The notes beneath the pieces are model-generated. The model searched no databases. It saw nothing but the letters and a program-made list of their open reading frames with translations, and had not been told where the DNA came from. 64,000 bases of DNA from an uncultured delta proteobacterium (lineage in GTDB: Bacteria; Desulfobacterota; Syntrophobacteria; BM002), in the NCBI GenBank assembly GCA_963712115.1, contig CAVQGX010000042.1, positions 121,299 to 185,298 on the forward strand. The letters are read 5' to 3'. How positions within the stretch are numbered: the stretch's first letter is position 1; each line of letters starts with the position of its first letter. This document shows, in pieces, positions 20,922 to 31,748 of this stretch. Made by a program: the position numbers and the translations under genes.

Positions 20922-21968
20922 CTAGGCGAGCAATAACTCCTTGGCTGCTGCCATTGCCTTGAGCTTGCCGAAGGCGATGTGGCGCGGCAGATGGTTCATG
21001 CCGCAGGAACTGGTGATCAAAGTCTGTTCAGGAGAGAGCCAGCGGTATTTGCTGATCCGTTCTCCGATTGTTTCAGCAGACTCAACATTGAAGTCCTGAA
21101 CGTCCACAGCCCCAACTGCCAGATATTTGTTGCCGAGAAGCCCCTCATATTTGGGAGTTTGATCGTGTTCAATCAATAACGCATCACAATTGATCTTGCA
21201 TATGAGTTCAGCGGGGTACCTGCCAGTATCAAAGTAACGGTGGCCGATTTGCCCGTCGTAATCCGGACCCACTGCGTAGTTTCCCTGGCAGATGTGCACC
21301 TGCACTGATACTTTCTTGAGACCCTCGGTGGACAAGTTGATGGCCTCCACCGCCGCTTCCACCTCCGGGTCATCCGAGATGGCAAAAAGAGGTTCGTCAA
21401 TCTGGATGTATTTGCAGCCGGCCTTTTCCAGGTCTTTGAAGTTGCGGTTCATCACCTTGGCCAGGTCCTGCATCATCTTGCCCATGTCTCCATAGTGTTC
21501 GTCCCAGGCCACCTTTGCCAGCATGTGAGGTCCGGTCATAGTGATTTTCACTTGTTTTTTGGCAAACTTGGAAACCATCCGGAACTCGTCTGCCAGGCCG
21601 AGATCACCGTAATCTATGGGACCGGTGCAAATAGCCGCCGGATGAAATACGTTCGGATCCTTTGTAGTAATGGGCCTGGGCCGGGTTTCCCTGGAAAAGC
21701 CGGGAATTTTATCCCAGAAGAAATTGAGCATGGCATTGGGTGGTGCGTGCCTGTTGTTAGTCCGCCGGTGCATTTCCCCGCCGGTGATAATATCAATACC
21801 GGCTGTCTCCTGATCCAGTATTGCCGCCTGAGTTGCCCGATATTGTGCATCCTCCATGTCCCCTTTCGATAATGTCCCTGCTTCCACCTGCTTTTCCAGG
21901 GTTTCGTACCAGCGGGGAACACTGTAGGACCCTATAACTGTGGTTGTGTATTTCCCATATGCTGTCAT
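20922..21968 (-). CDS. Cobalamin-independent methionine synthase family, single-barrel core form
   Basis: TTVIGSY, DQETAGIDIITGGE, TGPHML, IQIDEP, HIC zinc motif, SSCG; 348 aa. Confidence 0.8.
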   Translation of the reverse strand: MTAYGKYTTTVIGSYSVPRWYETLEKQVEAGTLSKGDMEDAQYRATQAAILDQETAGIDIITGGEMHRRTNNRHAPPNAMLNFFWDKIPGFSRETRPRPITTKDPNVFHPAAICTGPIDYGDLGLADEFRMVSKFAKKQVKITMTGPHMLAKVAWDEHYGDMGKMMQDLAKVMNRNFKDLEKAGCKYIQIDEPLFAISDDPEVEAAVEAINLSTEGLKKVSVQVHICQGNYAVGPDYDGQIGHRYFDTGRYPAELICKINCDALLIEHDQTPKYEGLLGNKYLAVGAVDVQDFNVESAETIGERISKYRWLSPEQTLITSSCGMNHLPRHIAFGKLKAMAAAKELLLA

Positions 21969-22108
21969 GAATTATCTCTCCTCTGTCTGGTAGTTAGATC
22001 TTATCTTCTGAGACAGTCTAACTCTGAGAGAAAAACTTTCAATAGCAAAAACCATCAATCTAGTAGTAATTTTTGCCATAACTTGGGATCACAGCCGGAT
22101 CATTATTT

Positions 22109-24562
22109 CTACGAGCTGCTGTCTTCATCCGACTTTGAAATTGATCCTGAAAGATTAGAAGAAGCCGATTCATCCGCAGTGCGCAGGTGCAGATCTCTTT
22201 GGGGAAAGGCAATTACAATTCCAGCTTGGCGGAACCTGCGGTCGATCTCCTGGTGCAGTTCACTCTTTACCACGCGTCTGTAGTCAATATTCGATATCCA
22301 CACCCGAAGTTCAAAATCGAGAGAACTCTCTCCAAAGTTTAAGAAGAATACCTGAGGCTCGGGCATTTTCATAACCTTTGAGCTTGCCGTGGCGCACTCC
22401 ATGAGAGTTTCCATCACCAGGGGAACGTCGGAGCCATACTCTACACCCACCTTAATAATAATCCTCATTATGCGGTGCGAAAGCGTCCAGTTAGTCACCT
22501 GGTTTGAGACAAGATCGCTGTTGGGAACGACGATCTCCGACCGATCGAAAGTCTCAACCACTGTAGCTCGTAGCCCGATTTTTTTGATCTCGGCCCACTG
22601 CTCGCCCAGTTGGACATAGTCACCCACCTTTACCGGCCTTTCGAAGAGCAGGATCAGACCGGAGACAAAGTTATTGACGATGCCCTGCAGGCCGAAGCCG
22701 ATGCCAACACCCAGAGCACCGGCAATGATGGTGATATCCCTCAGGTGAACACCAAGGGCCACCAGAGCCAAGAGGAAGCCCACGAAGACAAAACCGTAGT
22801 GGATCAGCCTGGCAATTGAAAGGCGAACGCCAACTTGCAACTCCCGGCTGGCAAACACTCCCTTCATCAGCATTGTCTGCACAGCCCAGGAAGTCAGAAA
22901 TGAGCCGTAGAGGACGGCCGCTGCAGTGAGAACCAACCCTAGGGTAACCTTCCGAGATCCCACCATGAATCCAAAACCAAACACCCCTTGGATTGCCTCG
23001 GCCGGCCTGTCATAGAACCTCCAGATCACCAGGATGAAGGTGGTGAAAAGGGCTCCGATTAGAACATTAGTCAAGAGTGCCGATCTGCTGACGATGACAT
23101 TCGCCTTGCTCTGCAAATATGGTATGTTTCTAAGTGGTGGAGTTTGGATGATCCATGCCAGTGTACCGCGAGCCATCAACATGAGCATCCAAGCCCCCAG
23201 CACCACAAAGGTGGTTGCCAGGGAGGATTGGAGTACATGGGCGGCCAGGGAGCTGTAACCTCCAATCTCAGCTATGATCACACTCAGGAAAATCAAGCCA
23301 CCCAACCTAAGGGTCCAGATATAGAGAAGGGGACCCTGGTGACGGGAGCTCTCACCCGCGCGCCACAGGCAGAGAAACATACCGGCAAGGGCGGTAAGGA
23401 AAACGTAAAGCCGGAAAAGAGGAAGGGGCAGACTCAAAGCTCGGAGCACCCAGGTTGCAATCAAAAACGCCGCCAGGGCATAAACAACCCTTTTTCTCCA
23501 CACTTTTGCGACAAAACCTCCGAGGAGCCTGGCGAGAGCTATTATAAGAATAAGGTTGAAGGCCAAGCGCCAGGTGGATGGAGGCGTTTTATAAAAAAGG
23601 ATTAAGGCGAAAAAGCCGAAGAAAATACCCGCGGCAAAGGGTCGCCTGGCAATAAACCGCCATCGCTCATCCTGCTCCAGCAGACTCCGACTGCGCAGAA
23701 TGTTGATTGTCACGGCCACTGACAGCAGAATTTGCAGGATAAAAAGCCATCCTTGTCTCTGCAAAAATTTCCTTCCGGGCCATGAGATATTATCAAGTCC
23801 CTTTCGCAGTTCTCCCCAGAGCCCGGTGTCAAATTGAGAATAATAATCAGTTGAAAACATGGAGGCAGCCGATTTACTCCAGACCTCACCGCGCATGGCC
23901 AGGAGCAAATTGTCTACTTCCTGCCTCAGTGAATATAGCGCGGACTGCATGGCTCCCGTCTCCTGCTGCAGAGCTAACAGAGATTTTAGCTTCTCCGTGA
24001 TGAGTTCGAGTGTTCTGTTGATTGTCTTGTTGGCTTTTGCAAAAGTGGATGTTACTGTCTTGAGCGGTATATTTTGCGGTACTGAAGATCGGAGATCTTT
24101 CCACCTTTGACTCTCCTTGGACCACTCCTCTTTCCAAAGATCGGTTTTATTGATAGCTTGTGTGAGAGACTCGATGATCTTCTCGAGAGAATCGGCTTTC
24201 CTTTCTATTTCCCCTCTGAGCTCAGCAAGCTGATCGTAACCATAATTTCCAGCGGTCTTTAATGTTTGCAACTGCTCGGAGAGCTTTGCAGTTTCTTTGG
24301 CGATCTTGTCCAACCTTTCCTCAGCCTCGGAGAAATTGAAAACGTTTGTTAGCTCACTTTCGAGAGCAGCCGAGCGTTCGGCCAGTTGTGTGCCCAGGGG
24401 AATGATTTCCGCCACATTCGGTGCTACAGGTGGTTCTTTTTTTTCTTCTGCGGAAGGCTGCGCGGACTTGTCATTCTGCCCGTATGTTGTGCCGCTGAGA
24501 GTCAAAGGGAAAAGCAGCAAGATCGCCAGCAACAGAAACACTCTCACCCGTTGTACAAGCAT
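22109..24562 (-). CDS. Large MscS-family mechanosensitive channel (MscK-like)
   Basis: Signal peptide, coiled coil, many TM helices, GIGFGLQGIVNNFVSGLILLFERPVKVGD, AFPQRDLH. Confidence 0.9.
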   Translation of the reverse strand: MLVQRVRVFLLLAILLLFPLTLSGTTYGQNDKSAQPSAEEKKEPPVAPNVAEIIPLGTQLAERSAALESELTNVFNFSEAEERLDKIAKETAKLSEQLQTLKTAGNYGYDQLAELRGEIERKADSLEKIIESLTQAINKTDLWKEEWSKESQRWKDLRSSVPQNIPLKTVTSTFAKANKTINRTLELITEKLKSLLALQQETGAMQSALYSLRQEVDNLLLAMRGEVWSKSAASMFSTDYYSQFDTGLWGELRKGLDNISWPGRKFLQRQGWLFILQILLSVAVTINILRSRSLLEQDERWRFIARRPFAAGIFFGFFALILFYKTPPSTWRLAFNLILIIALARLLGGFVAKVWRKRVVYALAAFLIATWVLRALSLPLPLFRLYVFLTALAGMFLCLWRAGESSRHQGPLLYIWTLRLGGLIFLSVIIAEIGGYSSLAAHVLQSSLATTFVVLGAWMLMLMARGTLAWIIQTPPLRNIPYLQSKANVIVSRSALLTNVLIGALFTTFILVIWRFYDRPAEAIQGVFGFGFMVGSRKVTLGLVLTAAAVLYGSFLTSWAVQTMLMKGVFASRELQVGVRLSIARLIHYGFVFVGFLLALVALGVHLRDITIIAGALGVGIGFGLQGIVNNFVSGLILLFERPVKVGDYVQLGEQWAEIKKIGLRATVVETFDRSEIVVPNSDLVSNQVTNWTLSHRIMRIIIKVGVEYGSDVPLVMETLMECATASSKVMKMPEPQVFFLNFGESSLDFELRVWISNIDYRRVVKSELHQEIDRRFRQAGIVIAFPQRDLHLRTADESASSNLSGSISKSDEDSSS

Positions 24563-24564
24563 AT

Positions 24565-25749
24565 CTACCTCCGTCCACCAGCTTTCATCTCTAAGGGCTG
24601 CCGAACCAGTTCATCTCCCTGAAGCGCATATTCTTGCTCAACCTTCAGAGATGGGCAACACATTGGATCAGTGCGGTCGTGGGTTACCATTTTAACCACT
24701 ATTTGGCCGGTGCTGATACTAATATCTTCCACCTTCACCCGATCTCCCAAGAAAACGCTGGCAGCATGTTTGGCCTTGCCTCTACTATTAATTACGGCTG
24801 CCAGCTCATAAAAGGTCCCGCTACCACCGGGGTTGGATACCAGTATTACCGCTGCATCTTCGGCCCCGTCGCCGTTCAGATCACCGAGGGCCATTTTGTC
24901 GCTCAACTTTATCACAAGTTCAGTGGCAGAGTCTGGCGCGATTTTCTCTTGGTAAATACCGTCATTCAGTTTTATTTTTCCTTTGGCGGACCATTCCGAC
25001 CTGTATTCTCCGCTTTTGAGTTCATCTATGGTTAATGCCTTATTTAATACATCATCTTGCGATTCCCTCCAGCCCTCCCTACCGCATCCAGTATAAGTGC
25101 GACCGTTCAGGACCACCCTGGCGGCAAAACTGAAATGCTCTCCTGACATGGAGTCAATGCAGTGGCTCTCATCAATCGTCACGAGCAGAGATCCCTCTTT
25201 GGTCTGCGACGAATATATGGTTTTGTCAGCGGATATTCTTGGGGGAGCATAGGGGAATGTGATCCTTGGTTTACCCAACTCAGAAAAGACCATTCCATCT
25301 TTTGAAATTACCACATTCCAGCAGGGTTCATTGCCAGAAGCGCGGAACTCAAATCCCCCGAAATCTTCTTCACATCCCCGTGTCTCAACTCCAGCCCGTC
25401 GCAATTCCATAATGGTCAGTTGGTTGTCATACTCCGCCCCGAATCCATCTCGCGGAGGAGGTCCTGTCAGCCCGCGAACTTCAACATATATGGGTTGGTA
25501 TGGCTGATTGGTCAGCTTTCTGTATACGTCCGACAAATCTCCTCCGGTACGATCCAAAACCCAGCTTTCCTGGTCTGAGCCGCAAGGCTTGAATGATCTA
25601 ACCTCATGGCCAAGGACGAGGTGGCCGCGAAACTCTCTGATACTCCTCTCGCTTTCATTAGGCAGACTCTGCTGGGCTGCAGCTTGGCAGGCCACCAAGG
25701 GCATTAGAAATCCAGCAAACAAGAGATAGTTACTGACATTTGCCCGCAA
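24565..25749 (-). CDS. Exported hypothetical protein (COG3650-like middle domain, C-terminal DLNGDG domain)
   Basis: GHEVRSFKPC, ASGNEP.W, CIDSMSG, GDLNGDG, PMCCP. Confidence 0.7.
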   Translation of the reverse strand: MRANVSNYLLFAGFLMPLVACQAAAQQSLPNESERSIREFRGHLVLGHEVRSFKPCGSDQESWVLDRTGGDLSDVYRKLTNQPYQPIYVEVRGLTGPPPRDGFGAEYDNQLTIMELRRAGVETRGCEEDFGGFEFRASGNEPCWNVVISKDGMVFSELGKPRITFPYAPPRISADKTIYSSQTKEGSLLVTIDESHCIDSMSGEHFSFAARVVLNGRTYTGCGREGWRESQDDVLNKALTIDELKSGEYRSEWSAKGKIKLNDGIYQEKIAPDSATELVIKLSDKMALGDLNGDGAEDAAVILVSNPGGSGTFYELAAVINSRGKAKHAASVFLGDRVKVEDISISTGQIVVKMVTHDRTDPMCCPSLKVEQEYALQGDELVRQPLEMKAGGRR

Positions 25750-25923
25750 GAACCTTCTCCTTCTTTTAGAAGTACCTGTAGAAAATGTGCTCCACTGCCA
25801 AATTCAATTCCGCGTTTAAAACTAATACATGGTACGGGTTTGTCAATGAAAAATGGTAGTTAGTTGGCAGGAGATTGGCAGGGATTCAAATTTTCGGATA
25901 CCATGATTGAAACTTTTTTATTT

Positions 25924-26955
25924 CTAGAAATTCAGTTCGTAGCCTATTCCTAGGACAAGAGCCGTGTCGGAACTCTTGTTCCCCTCCGGCGGATCACTCT
26001 TGTATTTGTAGTCTACCTGGAAATTGAGGTAGAAGTTCTCCACCAGGGCAAGGCGGACCCCCTGCTCAGTGCGGAGGTAAGCACCTTCATCCGAGGTCAG
26101 GTCATAGTAGAGTTCGTGTAAGTGAAAGAAGATTATCTTTTGGGCAATTATATGGTACCTGACTCCCGCAGCCCACCTGGCGGCCAGGTATTCGTTGTCG
26201 TTGCCATTGCCATAGTCCTCGTAAAAATAGGCCGGACCCAGTTCGGCGAACAGGCTTGCAGTCTCAGTGTCGATGAACTGGTAACCAGGTCCTGCAGAGG
26301 TGATAAAACGAAGGTCAAGATCCTGGAATTTGTCATATTCAGCGAAAGGCCGCAGGTAAGAGTAGAGTTTCTCGGTCCAGAAGTAGTCATATTTTGCGCC
26401 GGTCAGCCAGTTTCGCTGGTCTTCTTCGCCCTCGCTCTCGCCATAGTTGAACTTTCCCTCCAAGTAAATCCGCTGTTTTTTGGACCGGGCTTGAAACTTA
26501 CCGGATGAATTGAAAGTCTTGCTGCGGGTGTTGCCGCTGTTGATAGCTCCACCCACGTCAACCAGTGCCTTATAAGTAACCGTTGGTGGAGGTGGGGGCG
26601 GGTTGATCCCCTGGAACTCGGCAAGGGAGAAAACCCTTGTTTCCCCTGTTTCTTGGTCCAATAGTTGGATAGAGCCAAGAGTCGGGCATGTAGCTCGACC
26701 AACTATCTTCTCATTGTTTTTCAGTAGAAGTGTCACCTCCTTATCAGAGGTAACACAGGCAACCTCCTCCCACTTGACCTTGATTTTCTGGGCGTAGGCG
26801 GTTTCCACGACCAGCAGTCCGTCTTCGGAGGTCTCGATCTCACCGGATATGAGATCACCGTTTTTCAGGTACACCTCGTCTGCCCTTGCCGGGTATGCCA
26901 GTGATAAGACAATAATACAAATGATAAAAACTATCAGGCGGACTTCAGATCTCAT
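25924..26955 (-). CDS. DUF481-type outer-membrane beta-barrel protein
   Basis: Signal peptide, DEVYLKNGDLISG, SGNT, terminal aromatic residue (GYELNF). Confidence 0.78.
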   Translation of the reverse strand: MRSEVRLIVFIICIIVLSLAYPARADEVYLKNGDLISGEIETSEDGLLVVETAYAQKIKVKWEEVACVTSDKEVTLLLKNNEKIVGRATCPTLGSIQLLDQETGETRVFSLAEFQGINPPPPPPTVTYKALVDVGGAINSGNTRSKTFNSSGKFQARSKKQRIYLEGKFNYGESEGEEDQRNWLTGAKYDYFWTEKLYSYLRPFAEYDKFQDLDLRFITSAGPGYQFIDTETASLFAELGPAYFYEDYGNGNDNEYLAARWAAGVRYHIIAQKIIFFHLHELYYDLTSDEGAYLRTEQGVRLALVENFYLNFQVDYKYKSDPPEGNKSSDTALVLGIGYELNF

Positions 26956-27070
26956 AAGATTAAACCGTTAAAGATTAGGAGTTAAAAAATAGAAATAATC
27001 AAAGAAAGGGCGGTGAAAGGCCCGTTTCCTTATAACGTAGACTCCACCGCCCGGCAAGGAACTTATATAA

Positions 27071-27096
27071 AAAATCCCCCTTTAGAAAGGGGGATT
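27071..27096. repeat. REP-like palindrome AATCCCCCTTTAGAAAGGGGGATT
   Basis: 10-bp arms around a 4-nt loop downstream of mscS. Confidence 0.65.
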
Positions 27097-27125
27097 CATG
27101 TGGATTTGGAGGATCGTCGCCCCTT

Positions 27126-27956
27126 CTATTGCAGAACTTCTTCTTTGTGCTCAAACAAATGAACATCCCTCTGTGGATAAGGGATAGTGATGCCTTCCTC
27201 ATCGAAGCGTTTCTTGATGGCTTCGGTTAGAGCAAAATAAACATCCCAATATTGCGCGGTCTTAACCCAGGGACGAAAAGCAAAGTTAACACTGTTATCA
27301 CCGAATTCAACGATACCAATTGTAGGCGCCGGCTCCTCGAGTATTCGTCCATCTTTGGCGATGATGTCCTGCAGAACCTCCTTAACCTGGTCGTAATCGT
27401 CGTCGTAACTAACACCCACAATCATATCCATACGCCTGGAGTCTTTGGCGGAGTAATTGACTATGTTGTCCCCGGTTATTTTTGAATTTGGGATGATTAT
27501 AGACTTGTTATCGGGCGTTCTCAGCTTGGTTGTGAAAATCTGAATCTCCTCAACAATCCCGGCAGTTCCTCCACCCTCGACATAGTCACCAACTCTAAAG
27601 GGCCTGAATATAATCATCAAGATGCCGGCGGCGAAATTCGCCAGAGACCCCTGTAGGGCCAAACCAACCGCAAGGCCGGCGGCACCGAGAATAGCGATGA
27701 AGGAGGTGGTCTGGATGCCAAGCTGATTAAGGGCCGCGATGATTATAAAAGCAAGAAGGGTGAAATAAGTCAGGTGGCCGAGAAATGAAACCAGGGTTTC
27801 ATCCACCTTGCCCTTGATCAGAGCCCTTACTATTAGTTTTTTCAAGCCTTTTGCCACCCAGCGCCCCACAATAAAAATAACGGCTGCTGCAATGACCTTA
27901 AGACCGTAAAGGGTTGTCAATTCTTGTAGCTTAGGTAGAATAGTGTTCAGATCCAT
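27126..27956 (-). CDS. mscS: Small-conductance mechanosensitive channel
   Basis: GAAGLAVGLALQGSLANFAAG, RPFRVGD, IPYPQRDVH. Confidence 0.93.
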   Translation of the reverse strand: MDLNTILPKLQELTTLYGLKVIAAAVIFIVGRWVAKGLKKLIVRALIKGKVDETLVSFLGHLTYFTLLAFIIIAALNQLGIQTTSFIAILGAAGLAVGLALQGSLANFAAGILMIIFRPFRVGDYVEGGGTAGIVEEIQIFTTKLRTPDNKSIIIPNSKITGDNIVNYSAKDSRRMDMIVGVSYDDDYDQVKEVLQDIIAKDGRILEEPAPTIGIVEFGDNSVNFAFRPWVKTAQYWDVYFALTEAIKKRFDEEGITIPYPQRDVHLFEHKEEVLQ

Positions 27957-28039
27957 TTACTTCTCTCCATTTATCAAGCCAAATCTCAAAAAGCTTATTA
28001 ATTAGTGCTCATTCGAAAACAACGGTTTTCGGATTCGCG

Positions 28040-28350
28040 CCATCAGCGATCAGATTTCAGCTAAATATACATAAACCCAATTACTTAAGCTGAATGCTGA
28101 AAACTTAAAGCTCCAGCCGGAAATCTTTGCTTTCCTGATGGACGCTAATTTAAGAATCCCTTATGCTGAAAACCCGGCTTTTATTTGCCCAAGGAAGGAA
28201 CTTTTGATTCTGACCTTGATTGTGACGGGGTCAGAAACCAGAATTCAAGAGAATTACCCACAGCGCAAGGCAATAGCCTGCTATTGCCTTGCGCTATGCC
28301 AACTGAATTCTGGCTTCCTGCCCTGAGCCTGTCGAAGGGCTGACTCCTGT
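28040..28350. repeat. Repeat mosaic including CCCTGAGCCTGTCGAAGGG
   Basis: tcagct/agctga arms; agcgcaaggcaatag...ctattgccttgcgct hairpin; cagaattca/tgaattctg arms. Confidence 0.65.
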
Positions 28351-28361
28351 CTTTAAGTAGT

Positions 28362-29417
28362 CTATTCCACTATCCGAATGTCCACTCTCCTGTTAACGGC
28401 TCTTCCCTCTGGAGTGGTGTTGCTAACCCTGGGCATGGTCTCTCCATAACCGACGGTAGTCATGCTACCTGAGGGAATACCCTTGCTGGCAAAGAAGTCA
28501 CTGACCGCCTTGGCCCGCCTCTCAGATAGATTCTGGTTGTAATCCGAGGGGCCGGTGGAGTCGGTGTGCCCTTCGATGACCAGACTAGACCCCGGAACCT
28601 TTCCAACTTTCTCAGTCACTACGTTTGCTATGGCGGTCCAGGCGGCCTCGTTGATTTCAGCGCTGTCGAAACCAAAGTAGCCCCCCCCCACGGTGATGAT
28701 GTTGGGGGCGACTTCTTGGACTTTCATCTCCTCGGTAGCAACATCTTCCACCTCCATGTACAGCACCTTGCTAAGGAAAGTCTCTATTGCCACCAAGTCT
28801 GATATCATCTCTTCACCGTCAGCAAATGTGCAGGTTCCAAGTCCGTTTATCTTTCTCAAGGTTTCTTCACCTGCCTCAGTGTCGGCCAGGGAGATAACGT
28901 CAAAACAGATGTTCGTATACTCGTTATCAATGTATTTTGCGGCTTGGTAAGGATCCTTGCCCTCGTTTACTTCGCCGTCGGAGACAACAATCACTGAGGT
29001 CTTGCCGGAAAATCCGCCCATCACTTTGTCCAAAGCCTCGATCTCTGTTCCAAGTGGGGTCAAGTTTCCGAAGATTTTTCCCTTATCGGGCAGGTTTTTA
29101 ATTTCCTGCTCGAAGAAATATCGCGAGAATTTCTGTGGACCAATGAGTGTTGCGTCAGGACTGAAGACCTGGATTGCAGCATTGTAACCTAATTCGGGAA
29201 TCCGCTCGTTCATCTCCAGAAGCATCTTTTTGACCAGGACGGCTTTGACCTCTTTCCTTTCTTTGTGCTCCATGAACATGGAGCCGGATTGATCGATCAG
29301 GATGATGAAATTGTCCACCCTGGGGATTTTCTTGGCCTCCGCCACAACCACACCCAGGGTGACCACCATGGCCACGACAAAGCCCATTACTAAAAGTTTT
29401 TTTGCTGTACTGAACAT
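28362..29417 (-). CDS. vWA + OmpA-family peptidoglycan-binding protein
   Basis: DQSGSM MIDAS motif, SDG; FGFDSA, EGHTDSTG, LSERRA, NRRVDI. Confidence 0.88.
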   Translation of the reverse strand: MFSTAKKLLVMGFVVAMVVTLGVVVAEAKKIPRVDNFIILIDQSGSMFMEHKERKEVKAVLVKKMLLEMNERIPELGYNAAIQVFSPDATLIGPQKFSRYFFEQEIKNLPDKGKIFGNLTPLGTEIEALDKVMGGFSGKTSVIVVSDGEVNEGKDPYQAAKYIDNEYTNICFDVISLADTEAGEETLRKINGLGTCTFADGEEMISDLVAIETFLSKVLYMEVEDVATEEMKVQEVAPNIITVGGGYFGFDSAEINEAAWTAIANVVTEKVGKVPGSSLVIEGHTDSTGPSDYNQNLSERRAKAVSDFFASKGIPSGSMTTVGYGETMPRVSNTTPEGRAVNRRVDIRIVE

Positions 29418-29631
29418 AGATTTCCCCCCTGTTTTAATGGAAACTAAAGTTTGTTCCAGTTAATCACCGCAAAGTTTGCAGTCAAGCGGTAATCATAAAA
29501 AAAGGTTTCTTTACTATATTTTTTTCAGTTGGCGGAAGTTACGAATTGTTTAAGTCTATAAAAGGCAAGTTAAAAACTGGAGGGTGATTGTCAATACGAA
29601 AAACTACCAAACGAGAGCTGATCTCAATCAA

Positions 29632-30411
29632 CTATTCAAAAAACTCTATTCTGTTAACGAATGCCACTGCTCTACCGTCATCTCCTGATGAAGTTGTATC
29701 CATTACAAGAGCCACACCGGTTATGCGGGGAACCTCGTCTTTTTCAAAATAATTCTTAAAAGCATAGACCAGATCGAATTCTGAAACTATTGTCTCACCT
29801 GGCAGCGGATTACCCATACAGACAAAACGCCCGCCCTCCTGATAATATTTCCCCATATAGGCCTTATAAGGCATGTCATGTCTGCCAAGAAATAAACCAA
29901 TAAAATAAGGACTGTTCGGCAGCACCAAATGGCCACTGGAAATTTTCTCATAACCAAAAAATATTAGAACCTGTATAGCTTCATTGTTAACCTCAGCCTC
30001 ATACGAAGCACCTCTGGGGTATTTGACTACTCCCCATTCGACCCTCACTCCAGAATATTTTCTTGGCTCCAAAGAGTCATTTACGATAAAACCTCTCAAA
30101 CGCGTTTTAGCCTCTAGAATCAGAGCACCTTCATCCACATCCAGATCAAGTTTTTTGCGGTCCCTGGCCGCTTGTTCAAACTTGAATCCTTTGTTTTCGA
30201 GCCATTCGTCGATAGACCCTGCCTCATAGTCGGAAAAATCGATTAGATAATTATTTCTTTGAGGTTGCTCATTTTCTTGTTTATTTAGATTTTTTGACTT
30301 GATTATTGAAGCTGGATTATCAGATCTATCTGGCTTTTCTTGTTCTGAAAAGACATTGGAATTCAAGGTCAATACCAGAACTGAGAGTAATGCTACGAAA
30401 AGGCTTTTCAT
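29632..30411 (-). CDS. Exported hypothetical protein
   Basis: Signal peptide MKSLFVALL; protein-like composition. Confidence 0.7.
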   Translation of the reverse strand: MKSLFVALLSVLVLTLNSNVFSEQEKPDRSDNPASIIKSKNLNKQENEQPQRNNYLIDFSDYEAGSIDEWLENKGFKFEQAARDRKKLDLDVDEGALILEAKTRLRGFIVNDSLEPRKYSGVRVEWGVVKYPRGASYEAEVNNEAIQVLIFFGYEKISSGHLVLPNSPYFIGLFLGRHDMPYKAYMGKYYQEGGRFVCMGNPLPGETIVSEFDLVYAFKNYFEKDEVPRITGVALVMDTTSSGDDGRAVAFVNRIEFFE

Positions 30412-30490
30412 TTCCCGATCCCAGACAACAAGTACAACAGGAGTCCTCACAATGGGAGCACAGTCGATTAACTTTGCGGAAGTGTAATAC

Positions 30491-30508
30491 TTGACAATTT
30501 ATTGTCAA
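30491..30508. promoter_or_regulatory. Palindromic site TTGACAAT-TT-ATTGTCAA between divergent genes
   Basis: Perfect 8-bp arms, each starting with TTGACA. Confidence 0.5.
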
Positions 30509-30671
30509 TAGGCAAGCTCAAGGTAAATGGTTCTCGGGCGGAGACCCGCCCGCAAATCCGGGAAGAGTTGTCTCAGAGAAATAAGTAATTATAGTTTAGC
30601 AAAGCAAGGACTGTACTCGCAGTCCTCTACTTTGTTGGTTTCTTCCCATGAACCCAAAAAGGAGAGTAAGC

Positions 30672-31454
30672 ATGAAAAAGTTTATTTATATAGGCATCGC
30701 ACTTGTAGTTATTCTTGCAGTAGTACTGGTTATTGGAATATCCAATCTGGGCCCCATAATTAAAACCGCGGTGAACAAATATGGTCCCGCAATGACCAAA
30801 ACAGATTTACGGATTAACGATGTAAGCATTTCTCTCTTTTCTGGTGAGGCCAAACTCAAGGATTTTTACCTGGGCAACCCCAAGGGGTTCAAATCACCTG
30901 AGGCCATGAGTGTAAATGCTATTTATGTGAATGTGGATGAAAAGTCTATAACCCGTGATCCGATTATTATTGACAGAGTCGAGGTTGTTGGCCCCAACAT
31001 CACCTACGAAAAAGTCCAACGTACCGATAACTTCCAAACCATTTTGAATAATGTTAAAAGGAGCGCAGAAACTTCCAAGTCCTCCTCTTCAAGCAAAAAA
31101 CCGTCAAAGGAGTCCGCTGGAAAGAAGCTTGTGATCAGAGACTTCATCATTACGGATGGCAAGGTAAACATGGACGTGAACATGCAAGCTGGCTCCAGCA
31201 TAAGTGCTTCAGCGTCCCTTCCGAAGATTCACCTTAAAAATGTAGGGGAGAAAAGCGGGGGTGCTACTGCCGAAGAAGTTTTTTACATAGTTTTCGCCGA
31301 ACTGTACGATAAGTTAGTCTCCCCTGCCGTGACTGCCACCCTCAACAAAGAGTTGAAGGGGCTCACCTCGCGCATTCCCATAGAAGACGAGGAAACTAAA
31401 AAATCAGTTGAGAAAACAGTCAATCAAACGGTCAAGGGGTTGCTCGGTAAGTAG
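30672..31454 (+). CDS. Membrane-anchored AsmA-like hypothetical protein
   Basis: N-terminal TM helix, LGNPKGF, TDNFQTIL; GGAG RBS. Confidence 0.7.
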   Translation: MKKFIYIGIALVVILAVVLVIGISNLGPIIKTAVNKYGPAMTKTDLRINDVSISLFSGEAKLKDFYLGNPKGFKSPEAMSVNAIYVNVDEKSITRDPIIIDRVEVVGPNITYEKVQRTDNFQTILNNVKRSAETSKSSSSSKKPSKESAGKKLVIRDFIITDGKVNMDVNMQAGSSISASASLPKIHLKNVGEKSGGATAEEVFYIVFAELYDKLVSPAVTATLNKELKGLTSRIPIEDEETKKSVEKTVNQTVKGLLGK

Positions 31455-31457
31455 CAG

Positions 31458-31733
31458 TTTAGATTTGAGATTTTAGATTTAAGATTTGAGAAGGCATAGA
31501 GCATAGGGAAAAGATAGCTGGCAGGAGGCAGCGGTCAGCAGGCAGCCGCAGTTAGAGGTTGGAGGAGCGCTACGCTTTAGGTTGGAGGCAGGTCTTGGCG
31601 GATTTGTAAGAGTTCAGCGATTTATATGGTTTCAACGTTTTGAACGACTTGAACGATTTTAACGACCTCTAACCCATGACCCATTACCTTAACTTTAGGC
31701 ATTTTAGCTCACTTTAGACACTTTAGACATTCA
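31458..31733. repeat. Ordered intergenic repeat mosaic
   Basis: gatttga units, gcatagagcatagg, ggcaggaggcagc, aacgacttg units, tttaggcattttagctcactttagacac. Confidence 0.85.
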
Positions 31734-31748
31734 AGCGGTTTTTGGCGA

